From positions 1 through 57,416 of IMG/VR virus record IMGVR_UViG_3300022824_000002: a DNA stretch of 57,416 nucleotides. One strand, 5' to 3'. This stretch comes from a virus. Taxonomy: Duplodnaviria > Caudoviricetes. Below the pieces are notes generated by a model that was not told where the DNA came from, ran no database searches, and saw only the letters and a list, made by a program, of their open reading frames with translations. Every line of letters begins with the position of its first letter. The stretch's first letter is position 1. Both the position numbers and the translations under genes were made by a program. This document shows positions 16,213 through 25,994 of this stretch, in pieces.

Positions 16213-16528
16213 GAGTCACCTCTAACTTGCCGATAATTGCATCTAATTTAAGATGCAACTCATCGTGCGATTTCATAACTACATCATGGGTTTCTTGCAG
16301 TAATTTTAACTGTTTATCCCCAGCTTGTTTCCCTACAAACCCCAATATCGGTAGTGCCACACCTTGAAAAAACGTCTGTACTAGATAGTTAATCCAACCT
16401 ACCACATCCGTTGGGGTCTGCCATCTTAGTGGGATTGTGACTAAAAATACAACCCCATAAAAGCACGCCATGGTACAGAGGTAATCTGCAAGCTTACTAG
16501 CTAACCATTCATTAAATTTATTTACCAT
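16199..16528 (-). CDS. Two-TM membrane protein, holin candidate
   Basis: Two hydrophobic segments and charged tail; lysis module position. Confidence 0.6.
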   Translation of the reverse strand: MVNKFNEWLASKLADYLCTMACFYGVVFLVTIPLRWQTPTDVVGWINYLVQTFFQGVALPILGFVGKQAGDKQLKLLQETHDVVMKSHDELHLKLDAIIGKLEVTHGSK

Positions 16529-16594
16529 CTAAAAACCTCCACATAAAAAATAGACGCCCTATGCGTCTTATATAAAAACACGTCCTCTAGCAAG

Positions 16595-16750
16595 CTATTT
16601 AGGGGCAGGCATTAGTGGATTGTCGATCTCGATATCACCGCACACCGTGCAATACCAGCAAGGAACACCTGCACCAGTTATACTTCCATCTGCATCCCAC
16701 GCCATAGGGATATGTCCACACGCTGGACAAGGATAATAGTTTGCCATCAT
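16595..16750 (-). CDS. 51-aa Zn-ribbon protein (CPACG..CTVCG)
   Basis: Manual translation, follows tail fibre-associated gene. Confidence 0.6.
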   Translation of the reverse strand: MMANYYPCPACGHIPMAWDADGSITGAGVPCWYCTVCGDIEIDNPLMPAPK

Positions 16751-16754
16751 TGGT

Positions 16755-17126
16755 TTAGCTGTTGCCACTTAAAATCACTCCTTGTTGTGTTTTTTTCTGC
16801 GCTAGCAAATCAGTATTTTGCTGTTGCAAAGGGGTTATGGCTGCTGATAATAAAGATATAAAAGTTGGAAAGTCAGCAGCGGTCATTAAAGCAGCATTAT
16901 TCAATAGTGCTGCCCCTGTTGCTAATTGTAATGCCTGAAGCTGTGGAGTATAAGATGCTGTTAATGCTGTGAGTTGTTGACTCTTAGTCGGGGCAGGCAC
17001 GGGGGGCACAAACCCCACTGCTACCTGTGTCCATTCTGGATACGACTCTACAATCATTGCAGGGCTGAGATACCCATCCCAAGGTGGATTGCTTTGAAGT
17101 TGATTTGTTACACTGTTATACCACAT
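16755..17126 (-). CDS. Putative tail fibre assembly/chaperone protein
   Basis: Position after fibre; PPVPAPT linker then helical region. Confidence 0.5.
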   Translation of the reverse strand: MWYNSVTNQLQSNPPWDGYLSPAMIVESYPEWTQVAVGFVPPVPAPTKSQQLTALTASYTPQLQALQLATGAALLNNAALMTAADFPTFISLLSAAITPLQQQNTDLLAQKKTQQGVILSGNS

Positions 17127-17336
17127 TTATTTTTCCTCCAATATTAATTTTACATCACCAATAATTTCTTCAATATTTTCGGGTGATCTACGTGGATGAA
17201 ACGTAAATTCATCAAAAGGATAGCCACGCAAAATATATTCAGCAATAATTTCAACAATAACAGGAATGGTTTTATGCTTGTTAGCGATTTCCTGTAGTTG
17301 ATCTTCTTTTTGTTCTAGTAAGGTTTCTATATCCAT
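17127..17336 (-). CDS. Hypothetical protein
   Basis: ORF track, GGAGG RBS. Confidence 0.65.
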   Translation of the reverse strand: MDIETLLEQKEDQLQEIANKHKTIPVIVEIIAEYILRGYPFDEFTFHPRRSPENIEEIIGDVKLILEEK

Positions 17337-17348
17337 ATTATTTCCTCC

Positions 17349-20006
17349 TTATTCTCTTGGAATTTCTAATGCTACCTCTGCGTAACATCCGATGTAGCCA
17401 CTGGTTTGCCATGCGCCATTAAATATAATAGCCCCACTAGCACTTACATAAATTGAGATCCTATTAGAGGGGGAATTACTATACCCCAGTCTAAGACCAT
17501 AGTCAGTTCCATTAGAATATTCAAGCCAAGGTTCAGTATCACTCTCATTTGTACCATTAGCATCCTGTGCCCATACGTAAGTGAGCTTAACTTTTCTAGT
17601 TCCAAAAGGATTATTCCACGATAGGGGCGTCCCACCACTGAAATACTTCCACCCCAAGAACTTCCTCTTATTATTAGCACTTTGAAGTCCACAACGTACA
17701 CCATAAGCATAATCAGGATTACTACCTTGAGGATTAGAACTGTCAACAAAACTTGTAATTGCTGTTGAACCTGTTTGAGCAAACCCAATTGATAGAGCAT
17801 TTGTAGGTACAACATCATCAATTATAGTTCTGTCTGCTTTATTCATTAGAGCATTGTAGTATTGTGTAACCTCTGACTGATTTAAGGCTCGTGGGATAAT
17901 ATTAAAGTACTCCCATATACCAGCAATTCCTGCTGCAGCATTAGCATCGTAACTCAATAATAACGCCCCTGCTGTAGCATTTAAAGCAGCCGTTAAAACT
18001 AAATTTGTGGGCGAAGCGGAATTTACATATACGGCTACCTGTGTTCCTGAGATAACCATCAGGAAGAAATTAGGAACATTTTGATTTAGATATCCTGCTG
18101 TAGTGGCATCAAGGATATTTGTTGCCCCATTCCATATACCAAGCTCATTTAATGTTCCTAGTGATATTTCTACTCCTAAAGTACCTCCACTTGTTCTATT
18201 ACTAATGAGTGGATCTGCAGTACCGTAAGTTTTCGGATTAAATACCCCTATAATCGTGCAAGCGGTAGGGAAAGCGTAGCTACCAAAAGTTATATAGCCA
18301 TTTGCTCCACCAGTACATAACCTTGCTTTTGCCCCACTAAAAATATCACTGTTTACAATACTTGTTAAACTACCCGCTGTACCTGTGAGTGGGCTTGTTG
18401 TCTGACTATCCGCTACGTTTGTACCACTGGCTTCTGCAAATCTCCACTCATGGTATGTTGAAGCATCCACAGTTTCTATAGTTGGATAAGTCCCTGCATA
18501 TCCTATGTACCTGCAAGGGAGCATGAGTTTATTTGCGATTGATCCACTAGTTGCTTCTGTTGGGGCTATGGTGCGAAGGTCAATAAAGTGAAGTATACCA
18601 TTAGAGAAATTTATACCACTTGTGGGTAACTTTAGAACCGCTAAGGCTCCCGCGTTGGTAGCTGCTGTATAGGCAACTTTCCATATTTGCTTACCATTTA
18701 TCAAACATATAAGGTTTGCCCCATCGTATCCCATTTCAATTAGGTAAGTTTGCCCCACTGCGAAAGTGTATCCTGTGGTCTGCGGAGACGAATTATCACT
18801 AAAATTCAGAACACCCGCATTATTTAATATTAGAAATTGCGTTGTTCCTGTACCATATCCTCCAATTACACTTATTTCCGTGATACTTCGGCAAGTCCAT
18901 TCAACTCTAAGATTACGTGGAGATGAACCTACAGGAAATCCTGTATAATTGGCACTTACATAATCCCCTGATAATCCATCCCCTTGTATAGCATAATCCT
19001 GCATACCATCAACACTGGACAATCCTCCAGAGGGCGTTAGGGCATTAGCTACAGCTGGACTACCATTAACTCCTACAGCGCTATTGGCAATTGTAGCCCC
19101 TGCCCCTGTTTGATTAAATACCCATCTTCCTACTGTATAAGCGTCAATTGCAGGTAGAGCTGCTGATATAGCTGCTGTTACTCCTGCAAGTTGATCGACT
19201 ATTAAGGATGCCATACGTGCTGGCAAGGTCAGGCTATTAGCTGTCATATTTACGGTGTTTGATGAGATATAATCAATCCCACTAGCAATATCCAATTTCA
19301 ATGGAGTGGCATCTAATGAGAAGTTTCTACCACTTGATATATAATTGGCTATCCCAGGAGTAACCCCTGCATTAACAGGAGTCGCATAAAAATAACCAAC
19401 TTCCCTGACTACGCCACCTGCCTCAATTTGATAATCTCCAATATCTCCAATTTGAGTAGACCTGTTTGCCCCGCCTTGAATAATTAAAGACGCTGAATTT
19501 GTCAGCGTCCTTGCCGTGTTCCACCTTATCTGAACTAGACTACCCGCTGGATGAATTGCTGGTGGTCCTGTTATCCCAGTTATGCTGGTAATTGCTTCAA
19601 TACCATTGGCAATAAAGTAATTTGATGCAGCAGTTAAGGTTAATACCCCACTCGCACTTGTGATCGTAGCGGGTGGTGCATTATATAAGGCTTGCATCAT
19701 AGGACCTGCGCTGCCCTGTCTCCTAGTTGCCCATGTAACTGTACCGTCTACAACCGTCTGACCTTCTAGTGTTGGCCAAGCAGGTTCAGAAGAGCTAGAA
19801 GTCCCCGCAACCGTACATTCATATATTAGATTAGGCAATGCTGAGGATAATACCACATTCCCCAAAACATAAGACGATGAAGGCATCCATAGGCAATTAG
19901 CTTGATTATAGTAGCCGACTAAATTAGTTGCGTTAGTTTGGAATGTTCCTTGCGTCTCAGCCCCATTAGATAAATCTGTAATGAGTGGTCTATTGTATGT
20001 TGTCAT
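17349..20006 (-). CDS. Tail fibre/receptor-binding protein with two LamG/ConA-like domains
   Basis: N-terminal YECTVAGTS..EPAWPT..VVDGTVTW module; W.F.E.SG...AD and RAL...EV..YY LamG signatures. Confidence 0.8.
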   Translation of the reverse strand: MTTYNRPLITDLSNGAETQGTFQTNATNLVGYYNQANCLWMPSSSYVLGNVVLSSALPNLIYECTVAGTSSSSEPAWPTLEGQTVVDGTVTWATRRQGSAGPMMQALYNAPPATITSASGVLTLTAASNYFIANGIEAITSITGITGPPAIHPAGSLVQIRWNTARTLTNSASLIIQGGANRSTQIGDIGDYQIEAGGVVREVGYFYATPVNAGVTPGIANYISSGRNFSLDATPLKLDIASGIDYISSNTVNMTANSLTLPARMASLIVDQLAGVTAAISAALPAIDAYTVGRWVFNQTGAGATIANSAVGVNGSPAVANALTPSGGLSSVDGMQDYAIQGDGLSGDYVSANYTGFPVGSSPRNLRVEWTCRSITEISVIGGYGTGTTQFLILNNAGVLNFSDNSSPQTTGYTFAVGQTYLIEMGYDGANLICLINGKQIWKVAYTAATNAGALAVLKLPTSGINFSNGILHFIDLRTIAPTEATSGSIANKLMLPCRYIGYAGTYPTIETVDASTYHEWRFAEASGTNVADSQTTSPLTGTAGSLTSIVNSDIFSGAKARLCTGGANGYITFGSYAFPTACTIIGVFNPKTYGTADPLISNRTSGGTLGVEISLGTLNELGIWNGATNILDATTAGYLNQNVPNFFLMVISGTQVAVYVNSASPTNLVLTAALNATAGALLLSYDANAAAGIAGIWEYFNIIPRALNQSEVTQYYNALMNKADRTIIDDVVPTNALSIGFAQTGSTAITSFVDSSNPQGSNPDYAYGVRCGLQSANNKRKFLGWKYFSGGTPLSWNNPFGTRKVKLTYVWAQDANGTNESDTEPWLEYSNGTDYGLRLGYSNSPSNRISIYVSASGAIIFNGAWQTSGYIGCYAEVALEIPRE

Positions 20007-20014
20007 AATTCCTC

Positions 20015-23000
20015 CTATACTCCCTGAATAGTTACACTTACTGTCCCGGTAACCGCAACTCCACTAGAATTTAATAATACAATTTCAGGACCTGCTCCAA
20101 TCGTTGTTTGGTAGTCTATCACCTGATAGCCAATTGAGGTACTTCCTGACTGTATTGAGATGTTAATGTCCAATATTTGATTATATACTTTAGTTATTGG
20201 CAATCTCGTACCTGAGGCCGATATAGCGACACTATTTATACTTTCAGTAACAGTCGGTAAATCCACATTAACAGTCAGTGTCCGTATTGTTGGTCTTAGC
20301 GATCCTGCTGATATTGTGATCATTATCTGGTAAGTATCACTTGAAATAGCTACTTTTGATGTGTAGGGTATCCATTCTCCAGCTGTGTACATTGGGTTAG
20401 CCCCACCACTAAACATTGGTTGGTTAGCCCCTGTAAACATAGGCTGTGGATACATTGACCGATACCAAATTTGTGCCGAACCATCACAATCAAGTGAGAT
20501 CGACATCTGCCCAGCTTGCGGAGACTTAAAAGAATCCACGTAGGTTATAGCTCCATATTGTGCTGAAAACATTGGTGCGTTAGCACTTGTAAACATTGGA
20601 GTATTGTTATTAGGAGAGAACATCAATGTTCCTGGTGAGTTAGCTAAAAGGTTCCCATTTTCATCTATAAAACAATTTGTTTTTGCTCCCGTCCATCCTT
20701 GGGTGTAATAGTTAGCACTATATACTAAATGATCAACGATAGCAGGACCAAGATTTATAATGTCGTAAGCAACCCCCGCACTATAATTACCCAACGTATC
20801 AACCGCTTTAATCATTACCGACCAAGTGCCACTCATTACTGCGCTAGTTTCAAAAGGTTGCGAAGTTAAAACACCTGAATGCAAAGGAATGGCATTCTGC
20901 CAAAAGGGCATATTTCCTTGATTAGCCCTAATTTCAAAACCAGCAATATCATTCCAATCTGGATAATTAAATTGCCAGAAGAAACGCCGTATACCATTAG
21001 ACAATTGAACAACTTGTAGTCCTTGAACATCAGGAGGTATTGACGGATTTATAGTATGTGTGTATGCCTGTACTGCAGATAATTCTTCTTCTGCGCCACC
21101 GAATATATTAAAACTTGTTAACTTAATATAAATTTTTTGCCCGATATTGCTTGGCAAATAAGTGTATTTAAAAACAGCCCCATCATCAAGGCGAAGGAAC
21201 TGTGATCCAATAGAATGGGGCGTTATCGCTGTGTTATATGCCCCACGACGCAAATAGGTTAGATTGTATTGATTTGATGTGGTCAGTGTAGCGGTTTCGT
21301 AGCTAATTAGCTCTCCGTCAACGTAGCAAATTGTATTATAATTATCTGCATCAGCCTGGGTGCCAGATGATAACTGAGCGTTACTCATTGTTAAATTTAC
21401 ACTTAAAGTATCAGTGGTATCAGGATCTGATCTAGAAGGTAATGTGGCAGATAAAACGCCCTGTCTAGCTGCGCTTGTTATTCTGCCGACATTTTTATAT
21501 GTATTCCCATCTTGACTTACCCATATGTCAGCACCACCCCAATTAGGGTTTGTGCTACTAGCGGCAATCCATGTTTCAAGATTTCCCTGACTAAGCCCTG
21601 ACGGGGCCTCAAAAATTACAGGAGGATTAACATTCCCAGTAGCAACATTATAGTTAACACTGCTCCTAACGGCTGCCTGCCGCGGATATTGAGCCGCACC
21701 ACTAGTTACTATACCGACTTCTTCGACAGTAAATATAATTTCTTTTTGCTCGTCAGGATCGCAGCTTACTATTCTAACAAGCTGATTAGCTAATCCCAGG
21801 TTACTGTCGTTGATCTCAATTAAATCCATGGGGTCCAACATACAAAAAGGGAAATATCCCGTTTTAAAAGTGTAAGTATTCCTCGGATATACAATTCGAT
21901 ATAAAATATTATTTGCGGCAATTTGAGCCACGCCAGCATCGCATATATGATGTAGGCTTACTGAATCGGCAGGGCGCACACCATAACGATCCACCGCCGC
22001 TTGATCCTCTGAAATTGCAATATCGGAATTGTAATAATCAGCACGATTTAAAAAATCGACTTTTAAAAAGTTATAACTATCAACTGTTGATTCTCTTGTC
22101 AATTTCACGGGATCTTCATTGTTAGCATATAAATAATCATCATCTGTCAAAGTATAAATAGGGGTTAGGTTTGGCGTATATGTCGCACCGTTACCCGTTA
22201 CCGCATCAGTTCCATAAGGGCAAAAATAAAGTAGCCCTTGACTGACTACAGGTTGACTATTTGTGCATTGCATAACCTCATTAACAAAATCAGATGTAGC
22301 TTTAGAATCTGTAATTTGTGGACTGATAAAAATTCCACTTGCTACACAATAATTGCTAAAGTTTGTCATGTCTGCTAGGTATTGCGTTGGATAAAACGCC
22401 CCGCCAACAGGGTTCGTTAATGCATCATAGAGTGGCAACATGGGATTGCAATCAAGTATTCCATTCCCGAAAATATAGTTTCCGAATACTTCAAAACTAT
22501 AATCTGGAACTGTATTGGTATCGCCTAATGATATATATCCTGCCATGTAGGCTAATAAAGGGTAGGTTAATGCTCGTTCTGGATGTTTTGAAGACATATA
22601 ACTCCAAGGAGATTGGTTTAAAGTACCCCAAAATGGCGTTAGGTCCGTTTCGACTGATAGTGCCGCACCAGTGTCGTCATAATTCTGAGCATTAATTACT
22701 GCTAATGTTGCTGCATCAGGTGACCAATTGTATTGCCCAATTACCGTATTGCTATTACCACCCCATACTCTACCTATGCCGTTTATTGGCCCTTGGCAGA
22801 GTCCTATTGCTACAGCTACGGAATATTGATAGTTTCCACCACCCTTGCCCCCGCCTCCTTTTCCGCCGCCAGACGATCCAGATGTTTGGGTGAAATCTAT
22901 ATAATCAATAATATTGCCACTTAAACGGGTGGTTCCATATATTAAGGGGATTGGTTGCCCGAATACGGCTGTTTGAATTTGCAATCCATTAAAAGTTGTT

Positions 23001-23035
23001 GTGTTTGTCGCTGGTTTACCAAATATTCCACTCAA
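20015..23035 (-). CDS. Central tail tip/host-specificity protein (Phage-tail_3, J-like)
   Basis: GQPIPLIYGTTRLSGN, GGKGG, GLCQGPI..IGRVW; Fn3-like C-terminal region. Confidence 0.9.
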   Translation of the reverse strand: MSGIFGKPATNTTTFNGLQIQTAVFGQPIPLIYGTTRLSGNIIDYIDFTQTSGSSGGGKGGGGKGGGNYQYSVAVAIGLCQGPINGIGRVWGGNSNTVIGQYNWSPDAATLAVINAQNYDDTGAALSVETDLTPFWGTLNQSPWSYMSSKHPERALTYPLLAYMAGYISLGDTNTVPDYSFEVFGNYIFGNGILDCNPMLPLYDALTNPVGGAFYPTQYLADMTNFSNYCVASGIFISPQITDSKATSDFVNEVMQCTNSQPVVSQGLLYFCPYGTDAVTGNGATYTPNLTPIYTLTDDDYLYANNEDPVKLTRESTVDSYNFLKVDFLNRADYYNSDIAISEDQAAVDRYGVRPADSVSLHHICDAGVAQIAANNILYRIVYPRNTYTFKTGYFPFCMLDPMDLIEINDSNLGLANQLVRIVSCDPDEQKEIIFTVEEVGIVTSGAAQYPRQAAVRSSVNYNVATGNVNPPVIFEAPSGLSQGNLETWIAASSTNPNWGGADIWVSQDGNTYKNVGRITSAARQGVLSATLPSRSDPDTTDTLSVNLTMSNAQLSSGTQADADNYNTICYVDGELISYETATLTTSNQYNLTYLRRGAYNTAITPHSIGSQFLRLDDGAVFKYTYLPSNIGQKIYIKLTSFNIFGGAEEELSAVQAYTHTINPSIPPDVQGLQVVQLSNGIRRFFWQFNYPDWNDIAGFEIRANQGNMPFWQNAIPLHSGVLTSQPFETSAVMSGTWSVMIKAVDTLGNYSAGVAYDIINLGPAIVDHLVYSANYYTQGWTGAKTNCFIDENGNLLANSPGTLMFSPNNNTPMFTSANAPMFSAQYGAITYVDSFKSPQAGQMSISLDCDGSAQIWYRSMYPQPMFTGANQPMFSGGANPMYTAGEWIPYTSKVAISSDTYQIMITISAGSLRPTIRTLTVNVDLPTVTESINSVAISASGTRLPITKVYNQILDINISIQSGSTSIGYQVIDYQTTIGAGPEIVLLNSSGVAVTGTVSVTIQGV

Positions 23036-23047
23036 ATAATCACCCCC

Positions 23048-23503
23048 TTACCAAAAAGAAAAAACACCAACTAATCTAGATTCGCCACTACCGCGTGTTC
23101 TTGTTAGATAGGTATCTTTTTCAGCATCAGCATAAACGACGCCTACTTGCACATAACTATGAATCACCATAGGATAATCAATTACTATAGCCGCATGACT
23201 AGGAGCGCGCCCAAAATGGTATAGTAAAATATCACCTGGTAACGGCTCTCTGTCTACCTGTTTAGTGTATTTTTTAACCCAATCAAAATATAATGGTTCA
23301 TCGTGATGCATTGCCCAATCTTGCGGGTAATTTCCTGTTTCAGCATGTTCGATTAATCCGCAATTTTCAAATACACCTAGAAGAATTTGCCCACAATCAA
23401 CCCCCACGCCTTTAATTCTCGCGGAGTTATGATAGGGGGTATGTAACCATGTTTTAGCTTCTGTGACTACCGCTTCGCGTTCTGATTTTTCTTTTTCGTC
23501 CAC
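23048..23503 (-). CDS. Tail-associated NlpC/P60 peptidase
   Basis: W..TPYH...KGVGVDC, PGDILL, SHAAI, IHS. Confidence 0.92.
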   Translation of the reverse strand: MDEKEKSEREAVVTEAKTWLHTPYHNSARIKGVGVDCGQILLGVFENCGLIEHAETGNYPQDWAMHHDEPLYFDWVKKYTKQVDREPLPGDILLYHFGRAPSHAAIVIDYPMVIHSYVQVGVVYADAEKDTYLTRTRGSGESRLVGVFSFW

Positions 23504-23512
23504 AACTACCTC

Positions 23513-24373
23513 CTAAACCGTTACTGATGGTACAGGAATATAAGGTGTACCACGATAATGAATAAAATTTCCAAATTTGTTCGTACATGTTGGAATACTT
23601 CTATCACATCCGGGAACAATAGTGAAACTATCACCAACAGCAGGCATGAATGGTAAAGGCCACATAAAATTAACAACTCCCGGCGTATATGATTTAACCG
23701 TTGCAATAACGCCTGCATTTAACCCGCTTGTGAACGTAACAGCTCCTTGTTGAAAATATGCTGATGCTTGTGTTAATCCGCAATTCAGTGTTGTTTGTGT
23801 GCTACCGCCTGTTACTGTTGATGCCGTTGTATACGCTGCTCTATTCACACCACAAGTATTAGGATCGTACAGCGCATTAACGCATCCAGGTTGGTATAAT
23901 ACTCTTGGCAATTTAATATTTAACAGGTCAGTAATTGACTTTATTTTTAATTCAGCCTTAGTCCTACCAGCGGAATCCGTATCTAACCTACCAATGAAAT
24001 CCAATAGCACATAATCACTAGATACAGCTAATTGCCAAGTAGTCATGAATACATGAGATAATTGCACGATTGCATAGTCAAATGCACCAGATCGTAACGC
24101 TTCGGCAATAGGGACATTGCTCATGACCGTATCATTTGCATTGTAGTACCACGTAATAGCTAGATCATCCACTGACAAACCGATTGATTGTTTAATCTCT
24201 CCAACGTCCATTGTCATGGGAGTATATACGGTACCGCTTACATTTATCGAATAGTCTCCAGTGGTGTAATTTAATACCGTCCCATTAGTCAGTGTGATTG
24301 TGATTAAATCCATCATGCATAAATTTGTTGCTGTATTAAGTAAGTTAAGTAATGCTGCACTACATTTTTTCAT
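23513..24373 (-). CDS. Tail hub protein (DUF2163/BR0599-like) with Fe-S Cys motif
   Basis: YQPGC..LYD..CG and PGCDRS..TC..KFGN..YRGTPYIP. Confidence 0.9.
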   Translation of the reverse strand: MKKCSAALLNLLNTATNLCMMDLITITLTNGTVLNYTTGDYSINVSGTVYTPMTMDVGEIKQSIGLSVDDLAITWYYNANDTVMSNVPIAEALRSGAFDYAIVQLSHVFMTTWQLAVSSDYVLLDFIGRLDTDSAGRTKAELKIKSITDLLNIKLPRVLYQPGCVNALYDPNTCGVNRAAYTTASTVTGGSTQTTLNCGLTQASAYFQQGAVTFTSGLNAGVIATVKSYTPGVVNFMWPLPFMPAVGDSFTIVPGCDRSIPTCTNKFGNFIHYRGTPYIPVPSVTV

Positions 24374-24374
24374 A

Positions 24375-24974
24375 TCACTTCACACTTATCAATTCGACGG
24401 TTTTTATCTGCGCTAAATTTTGGACAAAGTATTCATATTCCTGTTCATCTGGCATGAAACGCACTCGGTAATAATAGCCACCTGTCCAATCTAAAACCGC
24501 ATTTAAAGGCGGTACTATAGTAGTAAAGGTAATCACTCCATGAGTTGTCCATGTAAACGCCGTAGTGGGCACGCCATTGATAGTTATCGCAGGGGCTATA
24601 AGAATACCCATGATAGGCTCAACAAACGTCCCAAACGTCCGTACAAGCTGAAATGATGTAGTTATACCGTCACCTATACCAAATCCCTGATTCACCACTG
24701 AATTATTTCGCGCATCCAATAATAAAAAATCATCAAACGAGCCTTGACGGGCAAGAAAAAAACCGATCAATGTCTGCACATCATCGGTTGGGGATTGAGT
24801 ATCCATTAAATAGTTATATGCAATTTTAAACGCCCATCGCGGGGAAGATTGTAAGGCTATACGTTTTTCTTTGCCTGACACTGACGTTTGAGTAATTGTT
24901 TTAAATGTAGGTGTTTTTGATATTGTAACATCTTGTCCAGCTATTTGAGGAAAAATTAAATCAGACATGGGCAC
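24375..24974 (-). CDS. Distal tail protein (DUF2460-like)
   Basis: SGKEKR, LIGFFLARQGSFDDF, GDG.TTSFQLVR, YYRVRF. Confidence 0.9.
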   Translation of the reverse strand: MPMSDLIFPQIAGQDVTISKTPTFKTITQTSVSGKEKRIALQSSPRWAFKIAYNYLMDTQSPTDDVQTLIGFFLARQGSFDDFLLLDARNNSVVNQGFGIGDGITTSFQLVRTFGTFVEPIMGILIAPAITINGVPTTAFTWTTHGVITFTTIVPPLNAVLDWTGGYYYRVRFMPDEQEYEYFVQNLAQIKTVELISVK

Positions 24975-24996
24975 CTCCTTTTTATTGTAAATTCAT

Positions 24997-25024
24997 ACAG
25001 GAAATTTATTCTTTTTTGACGAAT
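24997..25024 (+). promoter_or_regulatory. SigH-type promoter
   Basis: AGGA(24999)-18-GAAT(25021). Confidence 0.65.
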
Positions 25025-25055
25025 AGTATCTGTACGCCCAGGCAAAGGAGAAAAA

Positions 25056-25229
25056 ATGTACGAAACTTTAGAAGTAGCGCAAAATATTGTTCTTAAGATA
25101 ATTGAACAAGATAAAATTAAAGCAAGACCTATAAGCTCTTATGAAGAAGTAAATCAGAGTTATGTAGGAGAAGTAAACAAAGCTTTTACAATGATTTACC
25201 AAACAATAGAAACCTTACGCGGTAAATAA
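25056..25229 (+). CDS. 57-aa moron protein
   Basis: AAGGAG RBS; MYETLEVAQNIVLKIIEQ...; not in ORF track. Confidence 0.7.
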   Translation: MYETLEVAQNIVLKIIEQDKIKARPISSYEEVNQSYVGEVNKAFTMIYQTIETLRGK

Positions 25230-25230
25230 A

Positions 25231-25395
25231 TTACAAATAACTTTCTATATCATTAGAAACTAACACCTGGGCGTTTTCCCTAATTTGTTTGATTAATTCA
25301 ACATCAAAATTGCCATTATAAACACGTTCAATTAGTTTTATATTTAACTCAGCTATTTTTTTAATATTTTCTTTAATAAGTTCTTTTATGTCCAT
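25231..25395 (-). CDS. 54-aa protein convergent with the 57-aa moron
   Basis: AGGAG RBS; MDIKELIKENIKKIAELN...; not in ORF track. Confidence 0.6.
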   Translation of the reverse strand: MDIKELIKENIKKIAELNIKLIERVYNGNFDVELIKQIRENAQVLVSNDIESYL

Positions 25396-25424
25396 TATTT
25401 TCATCTCCTTTTATGCATATTTTT

Positions 25425-25454
25425 ACATGCTTATTGATTTTTACGGACAAACTA
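25425..25454 (+). promoter_or_regulatory. SigF/SigG-type promoter for the exported moron
   Basis: ACATG-15-GGACAAACTA; shares TTTTTACGGACAAA with the 11744 promoter. Confidence 0.5.
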
Positions 25455-25485
25455 TATAGAATGGGATAAAAGAGGGAGTGGTAAT

Positions 25486-25983
25486 ATGAGGAAAATTATT
25501 TTAACTATGTGCGTGATGGTATTTATACTTGGTTTCTCTGTTGCTGATGCTAAGATATCACGAACTGAGGATAGTTTTGAAGGGACAAGTAAAATCGAAA
25601 GCAATATTGATGATTTCTCTTTTCGTAAGCTTTTTGAAAAAGATGGAACCATACTTTATCGGATGGAAATAGACCTTGTGGAAAGCGAGTGGTGGTTTTT
25701 TGCTAACCAAGCCGTTGAATTTAAATTTGATAATGACGATACTATTTATCCCCTAAAAACCGTTAATTCTGCAAGTTCAATGTTAGGCGCATCTTCATTA
25801 TCTACACAAATCGTAACTGAAGTACCGCAAGATGTTATAGATAAAATCTCCAATTCCAAAACAATAACAATGCGTATTAATTATAGTAACCACAATCCTG
25901 TCACGATAATAATGCCATCTAAAATGGAAAGCGAATGGAAAAAAATTATCGATTCTGGCAAAGATGGCAAGCCCCTAAGTTAG
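25486..25983 (+). CDS. Exported moron protein with Sec signal peptide
   Basis: MRKIILTMCVMVFILGFSVADA-K; opposite strand, own terminator 25969-25993. Confidence 0.8.
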   Translation: MRKIILTMCVMVFILGFSVADAKISRTEDSFEGTSKIESNIDDFSFRKLFEKDGTILYRMEIDLVESEWWFFANQAVEFKFDNDDTIYPLKTVNSASSMLGASSLSTQIVTEVPQDVIDKISNSKTITMRINYSNHNPVTIIMPSKMESEWKKIIDSGKDGKPLS

Positions 25984-25994
25984 GGGCTTTTTTA

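Noticed and set aside
17349-17800. DGR variable region at fibre C-terminus
   Set aside because: No reverse transcriptase and no template repeat seen in the window
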